A stretch of 64,000 bases of DNA from Cirrosporium novae-zelandiae. Its lineage: Eukaryota. The stretch is from assembly GCA_026023565.1 (NCBI GenBank), contig JAPETS010000016.1, positions 372,001-436,000 on the forward strand. The letters are read 5' to 3'. The notes below the pieces were generated by a model, which was given only the letters and a program-made list of their open reading frames with translations, had not been told where the DNA came from and did not search any database. Shown in pieces: positions 25,998 through 38,463 of the stretch (position 1 is its first letter; each line of letters opens with the position of its first letter). Position numbers and translations under genes: made by a program.

Positions 25998-27161
25998 GAT
26001 AGCCCTAGATCCATACCCTCCGTCATCTCTGCCGGTAATGACGTGAACAAGATTATTGAACAAGCTTCCACTGAAGGCGACGACGAGGCCTTTGCTAGCT
26101 AGGTCTCCCTTCATATAGCCATGGACGGCTGATTAAACAACCTTATCTTCAAAACCTACTACTACAACACTGACTACATCGTCGTAGCTGATTCCCCGCC
26201 GCCATTGCGTAAGTTGATTGATCAGAAGTCCGATTTCACTCCCCTCACAACCGCGGTAGACTTCCACAAGTCGATGCCAGATGGCATTCTAACGACAACT
26301 CCCTAACTGGAAAGGTTGCTACAAAGATACCGGCGTAGGCTGGGTCCACGTAAGAAAGGCCGTGGAATCTGCGGCCAAGGAAGTCCAATGCCTCCGCGTC
26401 AAATTTATTGGTGGATCCCTGAAAAAAAGTGTGATGGATGAGCTTTTTCTATGAAAATGGGCATGTTGTAGGCGCCAAAATAGTAGATAAGAATATCGTG
26501 CTGCGCAAACAATCGTCTCCGCAGACGCTGCAGCGCCCTCCATTTTTAACCTGAAAAACCAACTCCACCCCATAGCCTAGACGTTGGCACACATTCAAAT
26601 GATAGAGACAGAAACCGCCCTCTACAAGAACCTTCCCGTCCTCCCTAACACCGAGAAAGGCATCTTCATGGAGCTTGATGAAGACAAACACGAATTGAAA
26701 ATGTATGATGAACACCTAGGCTACTGCAATTGGGTTATCACTAAAGAACGAAGGAGAAGAAACACACCATTCACAAAACACCAAATTCCTCTCGAAGCCG
26801 AAGCTCGATGTCGCAACTTCCTGTAAAAAAACAATGCCGCACCTCGCCAACCATATCTTTTCATTCGTACAAATATGTTGGTGCGCAGACACGCCCGATC
26901 AATCGTCCCTCATTGACGTCCATCCCTGGTTCTTGAAGTGGGCGGCTCGGGACATGGATCCATGCCTATTATAAGCGTGGGGGAATTCATTGCGGATATA
27001 ACGGAGGGGTGATTGGAGTTAATGTTGAATAAAGCGTTTAGGTGGAGATAACGGAAAAGAAGAATTGGGGGGATCTACAGAGCAGATTTGGGGGTTCGAA
27101 GGCAGTGATAGATTTTCAGACAATTGAATGGTGAACAAAGATAGGAGAGGAATGGAAGTAG
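25998..27161 (+). pseudogene. Fructosyl-amino-acid oxidase (amadoriase, FAD-dependent DAO/sarcosine oxidase family) pseudogene
   Basis: Fragments across frames: LDPYP/SVISAGNDVNKIIEQ, WKGCYKDTGVGWVHVRKA, NQLHPIA*TLAHIQM, LYKNLPVL..EKGIFME.DEDKHELKMYDEHLGYCNW, HQIPLEAEARCR, ICWCADTPD, GGSGHG, WGDLQSRFGG. Multiple stops and frameshifts; no N-terminal GxGxxG found. Confidence 0.8.
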
Positions 27162-27506
27162 GTAAGTAAGTGTATATACAATAAGAATCGGGGAAGGACG
27201 TGAAAAGGAAGCCCTTCACAAGTAGTGAATATCAAAATTTATAGCTAAGTTCAAATATTACAAACGTCTCTTGAATATCATGAATCTTCCTAATAACCCT
27301 TTGGCAGAATACAATACATTGAAAACACGGCAGTACATGAGGCATTTGATTGTGTAACATTGGTCAGTCGCCTCATTTCATCTAAGGGTTATAACCGGTC
27401 ATAGAATACAGCATTCAAAATCATTACACCCTAATATTCCCACTCCATACACACATAATCACGAAAAAGGCGCTTACTTTTTCCCTAATACTTCCGCGCA
27501 TGAATT

Positions 27507-28970
27507 TCATGCAACTAAATCATTCACTTCCTCCGGCCATCTTCCCCATACCAGGGCTCTTTCGGGCACCCTTCCACTTACGGGCGCCAGTACTTTCATC
27601 TTCTTCTTCAGTTCATCCACTTCAGCGACGTATATGTATCCGACCACTGTCGCGTCTCTGATTCTTTCGATAGGATCGTTAGGTCCAGCGTGCGTGATGG
27701 CTAGAATGGAATGTTGCATAGCTATAGTAGGTATAACTTTCTCATATAGGTTCGAGGGGGCGTCAGAATCATCGGGGTTATAATCGCCAGGTAAGAGTGC
27801 GGTGTTAGCGGCTGTATCGTCGTCCAAGGGCATGCGGATACGATATATAATTAATTGAGAGAAATCCACTAACTGGATATGCGGCGAGAGTGTCGCTTTT
27901 GCTGTCCCAAAAAAGTACTCTCTAATCTGTGCATGTCGATATGCTTTCATGTATTCTTCATCTCTATCTACACATCCCTCCGACTTTGATAGTTTTATAA
28001 CCGAGATAGTGTCATCCTCTGCAATACTAGTCGCCTTACCTTGGAAGCGTTTCGATAAATCGTTGTAGAGACGTTCAGAGCCAACAACAATAATTGCGTT
28101 GATGGAGAAGTCGGACATGATGTGTTGCAGAATCTCAGATGCGACTTTAGAGTTTTGAGATAGGAAGCCAGGTGTATCAATTATACAGCCTGCTTCCTTG
28201 GCAGAAGGGTCTTCTTCTAATCGACTTGTGACTGCAATCCCAAGACGTGAGACGAGGGGCTTGAATATCGCTGGGTTGTCAAACGGGCTTTGGAGGCCAT
28301 ATTGATAAACTAGTGGGAGTTTGACTGGTACGGGACTAGGTCCAGACATAGGACTACTACCCCATCCTTCCTCAACGTCCAAAATGGATGTAAACGTGGT
28401 TGCACTGAGACTTCCTGGAATCGTCAACACTCCTTCTCTTGGATCTAAATTCACCACAACTGTCTGTCGTCCAATTTTAATCGCCCAACTAGCCATAGTC
28501 TTGGCCAAACTTGTCTTCCCGGCATTATCGGGTCCCACAATCAAAAGCCTTGGTCCAACTTGATAATCCTCGGAGGCCTTATTTCGAAGGGTTTCCAGAG
28601 CGAGATGAGCGTTTAGGTATTCGTTCATGGGGATTTCGGACGCGATATATTCGGTTGCGCAGTCCCCAGTGACGGAGAGGCGGCATCCATGCCATGTGTA
28701 GATTGCGCCTTTGTAGCCAGTGAAGGTATATACTTGATTAGGAGGAAGTTCAGTGCCAAATATTTCAGCCGTCCCAGACAAAAGCTATATAATGAATGAA
28801 GAGTTAGTATAGACAGTCGACAAGATCTTAGTAGGGACGTGACAAACTTTAACTTCGACTGTGCTACCGAAAGCAACTTCAAATCGCCACTCTGTTTCTT
28901 TCTCGAGTGTTTGAATCGTTTGTGCTGTTGTAGCCACAGGCTCAGTAAGCCCAAGGCCTGGCAGGGACAT
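27507..28970 (-). CDS. CLP1: mRNA cleavage/polyadenylation factor and polynucleotide 5'-kinase Clp1 (2 exons)
   Basis: MSLPGLGL...EWRFEVAFG, SGTAEIFGTEL, P-loop GPDNAGKTS, IIDTPG and QIREYFFG. Intron at about 28787-28848. Confidence 0.93.
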
Positions 28971-29514
28971 CTTGAGTGGAAAGAGGTGGCACTGGAGGCG
29001 TATGCAACGAAAGTTCAGCGTTAGAGAGCTCAGACCTTAAGAACGGAAAATCAGCTTCATAATGGTGAGAAAGGTTTTGGTCATGATGAATTTAAGAAAG
29101 AAAAATGCATATTTAGAATATAAAACAGATGTCTATGTTAAACTCCACACCTTTCGTAGTTGTATTGGGCGATTGCCACCAAGGGTGAAACTGGTGTTGT
29201 TGGGGAGTAAGGCATAACCTTCATTGACGCTTTCTATAGTCAAGTTTTCCAACATTTGACATGGCACCACTACACTACTGAATCTAATATGAAATGTATA
29301 GTCTACAAATCCCTTCGTAGCCTTGAAATATTCAAGAGCGGCTACATTGTGTACATAGCGGAGTGGCAGTCATATTATTGTTTGATTGAACTTTTGTGAA
29401 TACTAAGCTAATTGCTGCCTTGATGCTCCCAGATTCAGCTCCATTTTGCTAGAAAGCACTGTTGATACACATATAATGAGAAATTCGCATACTCGTAGCT
29501 CATTGGGGTCACGC

Positions 29515-30008
29515 TCATTCGTTGATTTTAGCTAATAGTCTTAGACAAGAAAAATGAGCATTTATCATTCCAAGCAAACTACTCCAAGAGGGGGACTCAC
29601 TCATGATCACGGAAAATAGAATACTCTTCTTCGCCAACTTTCACTGGGCTTCCACCATACTGATCAATCGGTTAGCATGACTATTTTGGATCAATGTAAA
29701 GAGAAATGAGAACCCGTACCTGAGGAATCAAGACCTTGTCGCCTGCCTTAACGCTCATTCCTATTCTTTGTCCATCCTTATTCATTGCTCCAGGACCAAC
29801 AGCCAACACCCTTGCCTCATTCAATTCTTTAACAGTGCTTTCTGGGAGGAAAATTCCAGATGCAGTTTTCGTTTCTGCCTTTACCCTTTGGACGAGAACA
29901 CGATCCAGAAGAGGTGCAAGCTTTTTGATAGATTTGATGGTAGTCGACTATAGTAATAAGTTAATTAGTAATTCTGGCTGCCAAAGTATGATTCTGAGAG
30001 CTTACCAT
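29515..30008 (-). CDS. HSP10: Mitochondrial 10 kDa chaperonin (GroES/Cpn10), 4 exons, 104 aa
   Basis: Exons 30008-30006, 29947-29720, 29659-29601 and 29539-29515 give MSTTIKSIKKLAPLLDRVLVQRVKAETKTASGIFLPE...VLAVGPG...GDKVLIPQYGGSPVKVGEEEYSIFRDHELLAKINE*. Absent from the ORF track. Confidence 0.93.
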
Positions 30009-30034
30009 GGTGGCTAAGAGAACAAGAGTGATGA

Positions 30035-30373
30035 TTAAGAATTTTCAGGATTTTGGGGGGTGGAATTTTGATGCTCTCCGGGAATTTCGGGATGTTCCGG
30101 TGTCCACATGATCCCTGCATCAAGCCAAGGTGTCTCCCCTGGTGGGGGGTAGATATACGGTGGTTGACATCTAGGTGGTGGTTTGCTTGGCCACACAAGC
30201 TCCCTGAGAAATAGACAAGGGATGTATATAAGTATAGCAAATATTAGCCAGTAGTTGTAGAGGATCACAAGGCCCAGCGTGACGGCAATAGCCTTGACAA
30301 AATCAATAAAGCTCATGTCAAGGACGGGGAGCTGGAACAGCCAGATATCAGTTCTATTATTAAGAACAGACAT
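30035..30373 (-). CDS. Putative small orphan membrane protein (112 aa)
   Basis: Intronless ATG ORF with a long hydrophobic segment and a Pro-rich tail. Preceded by a CT-rich promoter-like tract at about 30490-30530. Confidence 0.4.
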   Translation of the reverse strand: MSVLNNRTDIWLFQLPVLDMSFIDFVKAIAVTLGLVILYNYWLIFAILIYIPCLFLRELVWPSKPPPRCQPPYIYPPPGETPWLDAGIMWTPEHPEIPGEHQNSTPQNPENS

Positions 30374-30706
30374 TGCTATTGAATGGCTAGGTTGGTTTAC
30401 GTGTGCGATAAGTAAAAGCGATTGACTCTGGGGTGAGATTCCTGGTCTTATTGTTGTAGCCTGCTTGTTGGTTGCTTTTGCTGCTCAGGAGAATGAAAGA
30501 AAGAGGATAAAAGGAAGAAAATAATCTTGGTAGGAAAGCCTGTTTATATCCTCGTCCCTCCCTTCATCATACCTTCCCACGCGCTTTCCCCTCTTGAATG
30601 CGTGATCATGACTAGGTGCAATTACCCGTACTCTCCTATTAATATTACGGCTTAATCTCTCGTCCAATGGTGGAACCAAAGGGATATTACAGTATGTCTT
30701 TCTACA

Positions 30707-30866
30707 CTTTGGGGAGCCTTCGAACAAGATCAGGTTATAACTTGAGTCGGTTTTAGATGAACACTGGCTTTTTCTCTTTAGACCTTGGGGAGGTCCTCAA
30801 ACAAAGACCAGGTTATGATATAAACCATTTCATTGAAGGCAGATTTTGTTTAAACACTTTCCTAAG
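30707..30866. repeat. Dispersed inverted-repeat element, copy C
   Basis: CTTTGGGGAGCCTTCGAACAA ... internal ACCTTGGGGAGGTCCTCAAACAAA ... TTTTGTTTAAACACTTTCCTAAG. Confidence 0.7.
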
Positions 30867-31008
30867 TTGAATAGTATAATGTTGGAAAAGCACTATAGAC
30901 TGAGTAAAATATAGAAAGAAGCTCACAAGCGAAAGAACTAGGCAGCAAATTACCAAAAGAAATGCAGTTTGAAAATTATCTCTTTTCTCTATGCTTCGGT
31001 TCCTAATC

Positions 31009-32204
31009 TCAATCTTCAGCCATTTTTCTCATTTTTGTCTTCTCCGCTCTTTCTCGTAGACTGATTTGCTGAAGGTAAGGTAAGTTAGCAATGCCCTTGT
31101 CCAAACTTTAGAATTGGGACTCCAATCATAGTAATGTAAAATCCATGTGGAAGCCGTAAGACAAGTGGTTAAAAAAGAAGAGAAGGAAGGCCTACCCTTT
31201 CACTAACCCTCATCTTCTTCCTCAGCTCTGCCATTACACTCCTGATCTCCTTCTCCAGCATTCCGCCACCATCTCTCTTCTCGTCCAGGCTATCCTCTCC
31301 ACGTATCCTTTCCACCTTCAAGCCTCCACCACCTCCAAACACCCCGCCTCCCAAAACCTCCATCCCGACCCTCGCAACGTCTTCTTGCAACACAATCCAC
31401 GCCCTCCACAGCTTCTCCAACCCCCGTTCCGTTTCCATGACCTTGCTCCTCAGTCGCTCCATTGTCTCCCGGAACGCATATCTCTTTTCATGGACGCTGC
31501 CATCTAGGGGTTTGGGGCCTCGTCGATGGATCTGCGTGTTACCGACGTGGGAAAAGGAAAGGGTGATGGCTAGAGAGTCTAGCTTGAGGCTGTCGGCATG
31601 TTGGAGATTGGTGAGGCGAGTGAGAAGGGTGTTGTGAATGAATTTGAGGATGTGGGTGCTGGATGTATGGAGGACGCTGCGGGAGATGGTGAGGGTTTCT
31701 AGCATGCCCCTCATCCGCAGTCAGCAATGCAATAACTACAGCTAGTACAATCCTCATAACGACCAAAGCAATTTTTATTCCCGAGTATAAGCGAAGAGTT
31801 CCTATGACTATTACATTTAACAAGGTCACAAGCCCCTATACATAGAGATCTGGGGAGGCCCTCCAGTAGACTTAGTATGAGAAGGTATAGCGAATATACA
31901 TACCGGAAAACATCCCGGAGAGTGGATGCGGCTCTCGAATTTTCTTGCTTTCCTTCTTCGCTTTGTACTTCTCTCCCTGGCGAGAAGGTCTTGAGGAAAA
32001 TACATTCTTCTTTGTAAGTTTCTGGGCTGACTTTCGTAGTGGCTTCGAAACGTAGTAAGGGGCCCCGTGATTCTTGATTTTTATTTGGCTTTTAGGGGGT
32101 TTTGGAAGAGCAAACCGGCGAAGTGTCTCTGCAGCGCTAGGTTTAGGGAGAGGAAGACGAGGGGGGGGGAGAGAGAGAAAAGTTCGAGGTTCGAGGTTGG
32201 ACAT
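31009..32204 (-). CDS. Hypothetical protein with basic N-terminus and coiled-coil C-terminus (about 3 exons)
   Basis: ORFs 31872-32204 and 31169-31714 with GT donors, and a terminal exon QISLRERAEKTKMRKMAED*. No family recognised. Confidence 0.55.
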
Positions 32205-32832
32205 TGCGTAATGATGAGAAGGGATGTTTGGTGAACAGAGATGAAAGAGATGTTATTGAGGGGAACTGGAGAATCTTGCGAATGGAGAAATGGAGAAGTA
32301 GATGTTAGAGAAGGTTAATAAAGCTAGAAACGCCAAAGAAAATTGAGAGAAGAACCGTGATGAAATAAGGATAGCTAAACAATTCTTTATTTGTATCTCA
32401 ATATATGGTATTTTTTTTTTTCATTTGGTGATCTAAAAGAGATGTTTGGATAGAAGCTTTCGCAATTGAAAGTTGGACTCTGAGATTGAATCTTGGCATC
32501 GCACTCCAGTTTACATAACTTCTGAGATTTTCTGATGGTATCAAATCAAGCAGTTTATGATATAAGCCATCGTCCCAGAATCTATGATTCGGGGTCCGAG
32601 ATGAACACATCGCTCTAGCCTTTGCCGAGCACTTTGGTATTGACAAGAACATTTAGTTATACAAAACCGAGGGAAAATGCCACCGCAACGTTCTCAGTGG
32701 ATGCCATATGAATTACCTGTCGATCATATAATCTCATCTCAATGTCGAGCAAGAAGACTCCTTATTCCCGTGGAAAGATCTTACTGATCAGCAACTCCTC
32801 TGCTGGGTGAATGATGATCAAGAACCCTTCTT

Positions 32833-33477
32833 CTACTTGTTAGATTGACCTGGCTCTTCCCCTGGCTCTTCCTCCGGCTCTACAAGTACGCCCTTCTCTT
32901 CGAGAATCTTAGCTAGTTCACCAGTTTGATGCATCGACATCAAAATATCGCAGCCGCCAATGAATTCTTTGTTGACATAGAGCTGGGGTATTGTAGGCCA
33001 GTCAGAGTATTCTTTGATACCTGTATCAAACAGATGCCAATCAGCATTTCCCTCACTCGGCATAGCCTAGAAAAGGTGGGTGAAACGAACACACACCTTG
33101 TCTTAACTCAGGATCTTCTAAAACATTAAATGAGCAAAATTTTTTTGGATCTACACCCTGCATCCCTAGAATTTGAATACTAGCCCGCGAGAAGCCGCAT
33201 TGTGGGAACTCGGGGGTTCCTTTCATAAATAGCACTACCGGAGCTGTGCTAACAGCTTTGTCGATGGCGGCCCGGGTTTCAGTGGAGAGGAGGCGGAGTT
33301 GGAGGGGCGAGAGGCGGGAAAGTTGCGGAATTGTAAAAGGAGTGGCGCTTGGACGAAGAAGGGGTCTGGAGGCTTGTCGGAGGGCCTAGCAATTTCAATT
33401 TTTGATTAATACCCCATAAGACTCTTTGAAGGATTGAATGTCCTGCTTACCGACGAGAATGCTGTTTTTGAAAACAT
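32833..33477 (-). CDS. GRX5: Mitochondrial monothiol glutaredoxin (CGFS), 3 exons
   Basis: Presequence-like MFSKTAFSS..., [24 protein letters not shown], and [26 protein letters not shown]. Confidence 0.93.
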
Positions 33478-34368
33478 AGTGGAGTTGCGATATGCTTAAA
33501 CTTGAAGCTGGGGGAATTATGAAGCCAAGGTTTCCGTCATTTGATCAAGCTATGAGGAATCTGAGTAATCAACTGATACTGTCATTTTATTGGATAAATA
33601 GTTACAAGCTTCAACAGGCTTCAGGTATATAACTACAACCCAAACCCCCTCCTTCTCTATTTCTCTCTTTCTCTTTTGTGCCAGCCTCAGTTTCGGAATA
33701 TTCCATTCTACCTTTACTGTGTACTCACAATTTCAATTTACGGGTACTGATCAGTAGCAGCGGAGATATGGTTAAGCCTCGGCCTGGGAACAGGGGGAAC
33801 GGGAACAAGGCCGGAAGGATGCAAATATTGACATAGTGGCTCCGAGTTATTGGTATACTTTGAGTACACTAAATGCTGGGCAAATACTGAATAGTCTATA
33901 ACCCGATGACTTCTATTCGATTTAACTAGGTAACTAATTAATCTTCATCACTCAGTCAGCAAGTCAGTCCAGTGGTTACCTCGTGACTACCTTAAGTTGC
34001 ATGTTTGCCAAGACAAAATATGGGCCTTGTTTTATTAACCACCTTTTTTTTAAGCTGCCGTTAAGACAGCAGATCCTCGTCGTCGTCATCAATCTGATCG
34101 CCTGCAATTACATGGACGGATCGGGATAAAAACGGGCCATTTTCAACTTCCTTAAAATGCCTTTTCCTTCGCTCTTTCCTTTGACTTGGTCGATGCGCCT
34201 TATGCTTTTATCAACCATCATTCGTTTGTCCTGAGGACCAAAAATCTATCTGTCCTTGGTTAATTATTGTCAATCGTTCAAACTCTCGCTTTAGACCTAT
34301 TTATTTATAATACAAAGCACACTCTTTTTCTATTTTGTTCCTGGTTGGTTTGTCCTAGAGTACCAACT

Positions 34369-36266
34369 ATGGTTTTTCTCTATAAGTTCAGCTGTTTCGC
34401 GGCTGGCCTTCTTTCGCTCTCTTCAGTGGTGAAAGCCATCGATGTGGTTTCCTACGACGCGGATGACTACGGCCAGGATGATGATACTCCGTATCAAAGG
34501 TACCTCTCGGCGCCCAACTTGAAGCCCCCAGAGATGTTGGTGACTACGCTTGAAGATGGGATTGCAGATGGTTTTGTCTTCATTGGCACTGATGGTAAAA
34601 AAAAAAAAAATTGAATGGTGATATATTGAGTGATACTTACAATCTCTCGGCAGGTGCTCCAAGCTCCAATCAAAGAGCTCCAGTTATCCTTGGTAATAAT
34701 AACCCCGTAATTATATCTAGGTTCCGAACCTTTTGCTAATTATGGATCCGTCCCTAGATATGTCGGCCAAAGGATCGAGAATGGGAAGTTTGGTCTGGAC
34801 AGACAACAGTTACAACGAGACTTTCGGTTTTATGACACAAAAGTACAAAGGGAAACCCGTTTTGACGTTCTGGAGTGGCGAAATGCTTGATGGCTATGGA
34901 ATGGGTACTTACTACATTCTAAACCAGTCATATGTGGAAATCGCCAATTTTTCCCCTGTAGGGGTTAAGGATGGTACAGTACTATCTTGGTTTTAAAGAG
35001 ACTGAGACTGACAGTGAAGTAGGAGGCGATATCCATGAGTTTTATATCACCGAGAACAACACGGCATTAGTGACTATGTACGTGAAGAAACAAATCGACT
35101 TGACATCTCTTGGAGGTGACGACGATGGTTGGGTCTTGGATGGCCATTTTCAGGAAATAGATATTGCGACCAACGAGCTCATATTCTCATGGAAAGCCTC
35201 CGACTACATTCCAGTAAATGAGACATACAACACGATGAATAATACTGGTTCTAAGGACTCGCCATTTGACTGGTTCCATATCAACTCACTCCAGAAAGAC
35301 TCTGCTGGAGACTATCTTATATCTGCCCGAGTCATGGATTGCGTTTACAAAATATCCGGAGATGATGGCAGTATCAAATGGAAGTTGAATGGTAAAGACT
35401 CTGATTTCGATGTGGATGACTCGGCCAACTTTGCCTACCAGCACCATGCTCGCTGGGTTGACGATCCAGACCAAACTCGCATGACAGTATTCGATAACGG
35501 TCCAACTGATGAGGTCGACTACTCTCGCGGCCTCCTCATGGCTGTAGATCAAGATAATATGACGGTCACTACCATTACTGAATTTACTAACGGGGATAAG
35601 ACTTTCGCCGAGTATGAAGGTAATTTGATACCAATTAATGCCAGTGATATTGAGAACACCAACTGGTTCCTTGGATTCGGCAACCAGCCTTACTTCACTG
35701 AGCTAGATAAAGACGGAAATATTGTCATGGATGTTGAATGGGGTGTCACTAATGCGGTAAACTCTTATCGCGCTTTCAAGCAGAAATGGGTCGGCAAGCC
35801 CACCACGAACCCATCTATCTATTATTCAGCCAAGAACACAACCGTTTATGTTTCCTGGAATGGTGCTACAGAGCATGAGAAGTGGGTTATCTATACCGCG
35901 GACAAAGCCAACTCTTCCGATTGGACCAAACTCAACACAACCGCTCGCACAGGTTTTGAAACCGCCATTGATTTGTCTAAGTCTGCAGACAAGATAAAAA
36001 AACTCGTTCGTGCCAAGGCAATTGATGCTGATGGAAACAAGCTAGGATGGTCGAATGCTACAGATGGAACTGATTATTACATCTCCGATTATGACAGTGG
36101 CAGTAAGAGTTCGGACTCCTCGTCTTCATCCACTGCTTCATCGTCTGCAAGTGGTACCGTAGCTGCAGCATCATCAACGAAGACGGGTGCTGCACCAACA
36201 TTGACCTATTCGTTGCGAGTGTTGTTTACGTCGATGGTTTCTTGGTGTATATGGATGATGTATTAA
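34369..36266 (+). CDS. Secreted arylsulfotransferase (ASST)-family protein, probably GPI-anchored (multi-exon)
   Basis: Signal peptide, GDIHEFYIT, DWFHINS, FAYQHHARW, SYRAFK and VYVSWNGATE. Ends with a Ser/Thr-rich stalk and hydrophobic C-terminus. Confidence 0.82.
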
Positions 36267-37668
36267 TGGAAATACGCTACGTGCATTATAAGCTTCGAGT
36301 TCCCAAGTGTATGTTTTACATCCTACATGTCATATATAATCACAATGAAGACACGTACATTGCACATACAATAATATCTAGTTTTGACAACGAGAACAAA
36401 CAATGCTGCAAGCTTTTGTAGTGCTTCAACGTTTATCAAACATCTTTGTTTTTTGTAGCGCCACTTTTTGGTTCTACCTTTGGGCTTATTTAACACATGG
36501 CCCTCTTCTATTTCAGCTACGTGTAGTATTTGACACCTCCCCGAATACCTTCTCCAACTTACAAATCATCATAAATAGATCTTCCTGGTTTGTTGTGATA
36601 CACTATTAACCCCCTGTGAACTTGGAATATCCTTCTTGTGCACTGCATTGTATATATATGGCGAAAAGCTTGCATAATGGCCACTTCCGATCAAGCTATC
36701 TATCTGCATTCTCTCCGCCCTTCCTCGCTTCCAATCATGTTTCAGATGACAGAATGCATCTCCTTCTAGCCTGTACTGGCTCCATTGCCAGCAATAAAGC
36801 TTCCTCAAATGATATGACTTCTCCTTTCCCATACACCTCCTACACATATCTTCATTCGAGTAATTCTCGCTGCTTCATCCACCCGTTCCTTCTCAGGTAG
36901 CTCCGTTAAAACACCAGAACTAGAGACATTGGATGAGATAGATAGGGTAGATGAGATTTACACAGATGAGGATAAATGAAGTAGACCGTGGAAAAGAGGG
37001 GATTAGATACTGCATATTGAATTGAGGAGGTGGGCGCATTGCTTGGTGGTAGCGCCGCTAAGCGCGGACGCATTGGCTAAATGTGTAGAAGGCGTTTGTG
37101 ATAGAACTAATCTACCGTTGTCGGTCATACGAGCTTGGGATGCCGTGACTATGAAATACTGGGCATACGTTAATTACTGGTAAGTTAGCGTTACACAATC
37201 AACATAAATCATCTCCACTCCACTCTCCACTTAAAATTAATGACGTATGTATTTACTTATTAGACCGCAGAAAGCAGATTTCCCATTTTCGGAATTGTTC
37301 AACCGTTCACATAGAATAGATACTGTGCAGACTAGGTAATTAGTTGGTAAATATTTGGAACTCTCATGAGGATGAGTACAAGTAATATTACAAGTAATGT
37401 AATATAAGGATCCCAGGAGCCAATGAGCGATGTTCTCACATGAGGAAGGTGGGGTTGTAGCACTCACTCTGAAGAAACAACTCGTTAGACATTCGTCCTC
37501 TGAGTCCTACTTCCCTTTCTTACCCCTCCTTCTCTTTTCCTCCTATTGATCATCTTTTTCAGCTCTTCACCTAAAACTTATCGTTGACCTGGTCCCTGCA
37601 TCTTGAAAACTCTCTTTAGAACCCTTACTATCAGTCTCTATAAACCCCTCTTTACACTTCTTGTCACA

Positions 37669-38463
37669 ATGAAGTGCACCGAACTTCTCTTCGACTGTGA
37701 CAACACTCTTGTCTTGTCCGAGAGACTTGCCTTCCAAGCCTGTGCTGAGGTTGCTAACGAAATTCTCGAAAAAAACGGTGTTTCAGATCGCTACGATGGC
37801 GAAACACTCCTTCAGGAATTTGTTGGTCAGAACTTCCGTGGTATGATGGTCTCTCTTACCAAGAAATACGGGTTCTCCATGGATGACGAAGAGCTCGACC
37901 GCTACGTGAAGCGGGAAGAGGATCAGGTCATTGCTACGTTGGAAAGGGAAGGCCAGCCTTGTCTTGGCGCTAACGAGGCGTTGGAGAAGATCATGGCCTC
38001 TAAGAAGTATGATTCCTCTGCCATTATCATAGAAGCTGTGAATAGTGTATACTAATAGGCCTATAGATACGGCATGGCAGTTGTCTCATCATCAGCTCTG
38101 CGCCGAGTTCAGGCTTCACTTAAGAAAGCGGGACAGGAGGTTTACTTCCCACCACTCCACGTTTTCAGCGCTGCAACATCCCTGGAGAAGCCCACAAGCA
38201 AGCCTGATCCCGCCATCTACCTTCATGCTTGTCAAGTCATTGGCAAGAAACCAGAAGAATGCATAGCCATCGAAGATAGCAAGAGCGGCACCCTTAGCGC
38301 TCTGAACGCCAAAATCCCTGTCATTGCCTACGTTGGAAGTTACGATGGTGAGGAGGAGCAAAAGAAGACGGCTAAAATGTTAATGGATTTGGGTGCTCAG
38401 GTCGTCATGTGGCATTGGTCCGAATTCGAAGATTGCATCGAGAAGATCGAGGAGAGCAGTTGA
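37669..38463 (+). CDS. HAD-superfamily hydrolase, subfamily IA (2 exons)
   Basis: Motif I LFDCDNTLV, motif II VVSSS, KPDPAIYL, and motif IV IEDSKSG. Intron at about 38007-38066. Confidence 0.87.

Noticed and set aside
36403..37467. Short ORFs between ASST and the HAD gene
   Set aside because: No recognisable motifs, and the frames overlap in contradictory ways. Probably non-coding or an unidentifiable relic.
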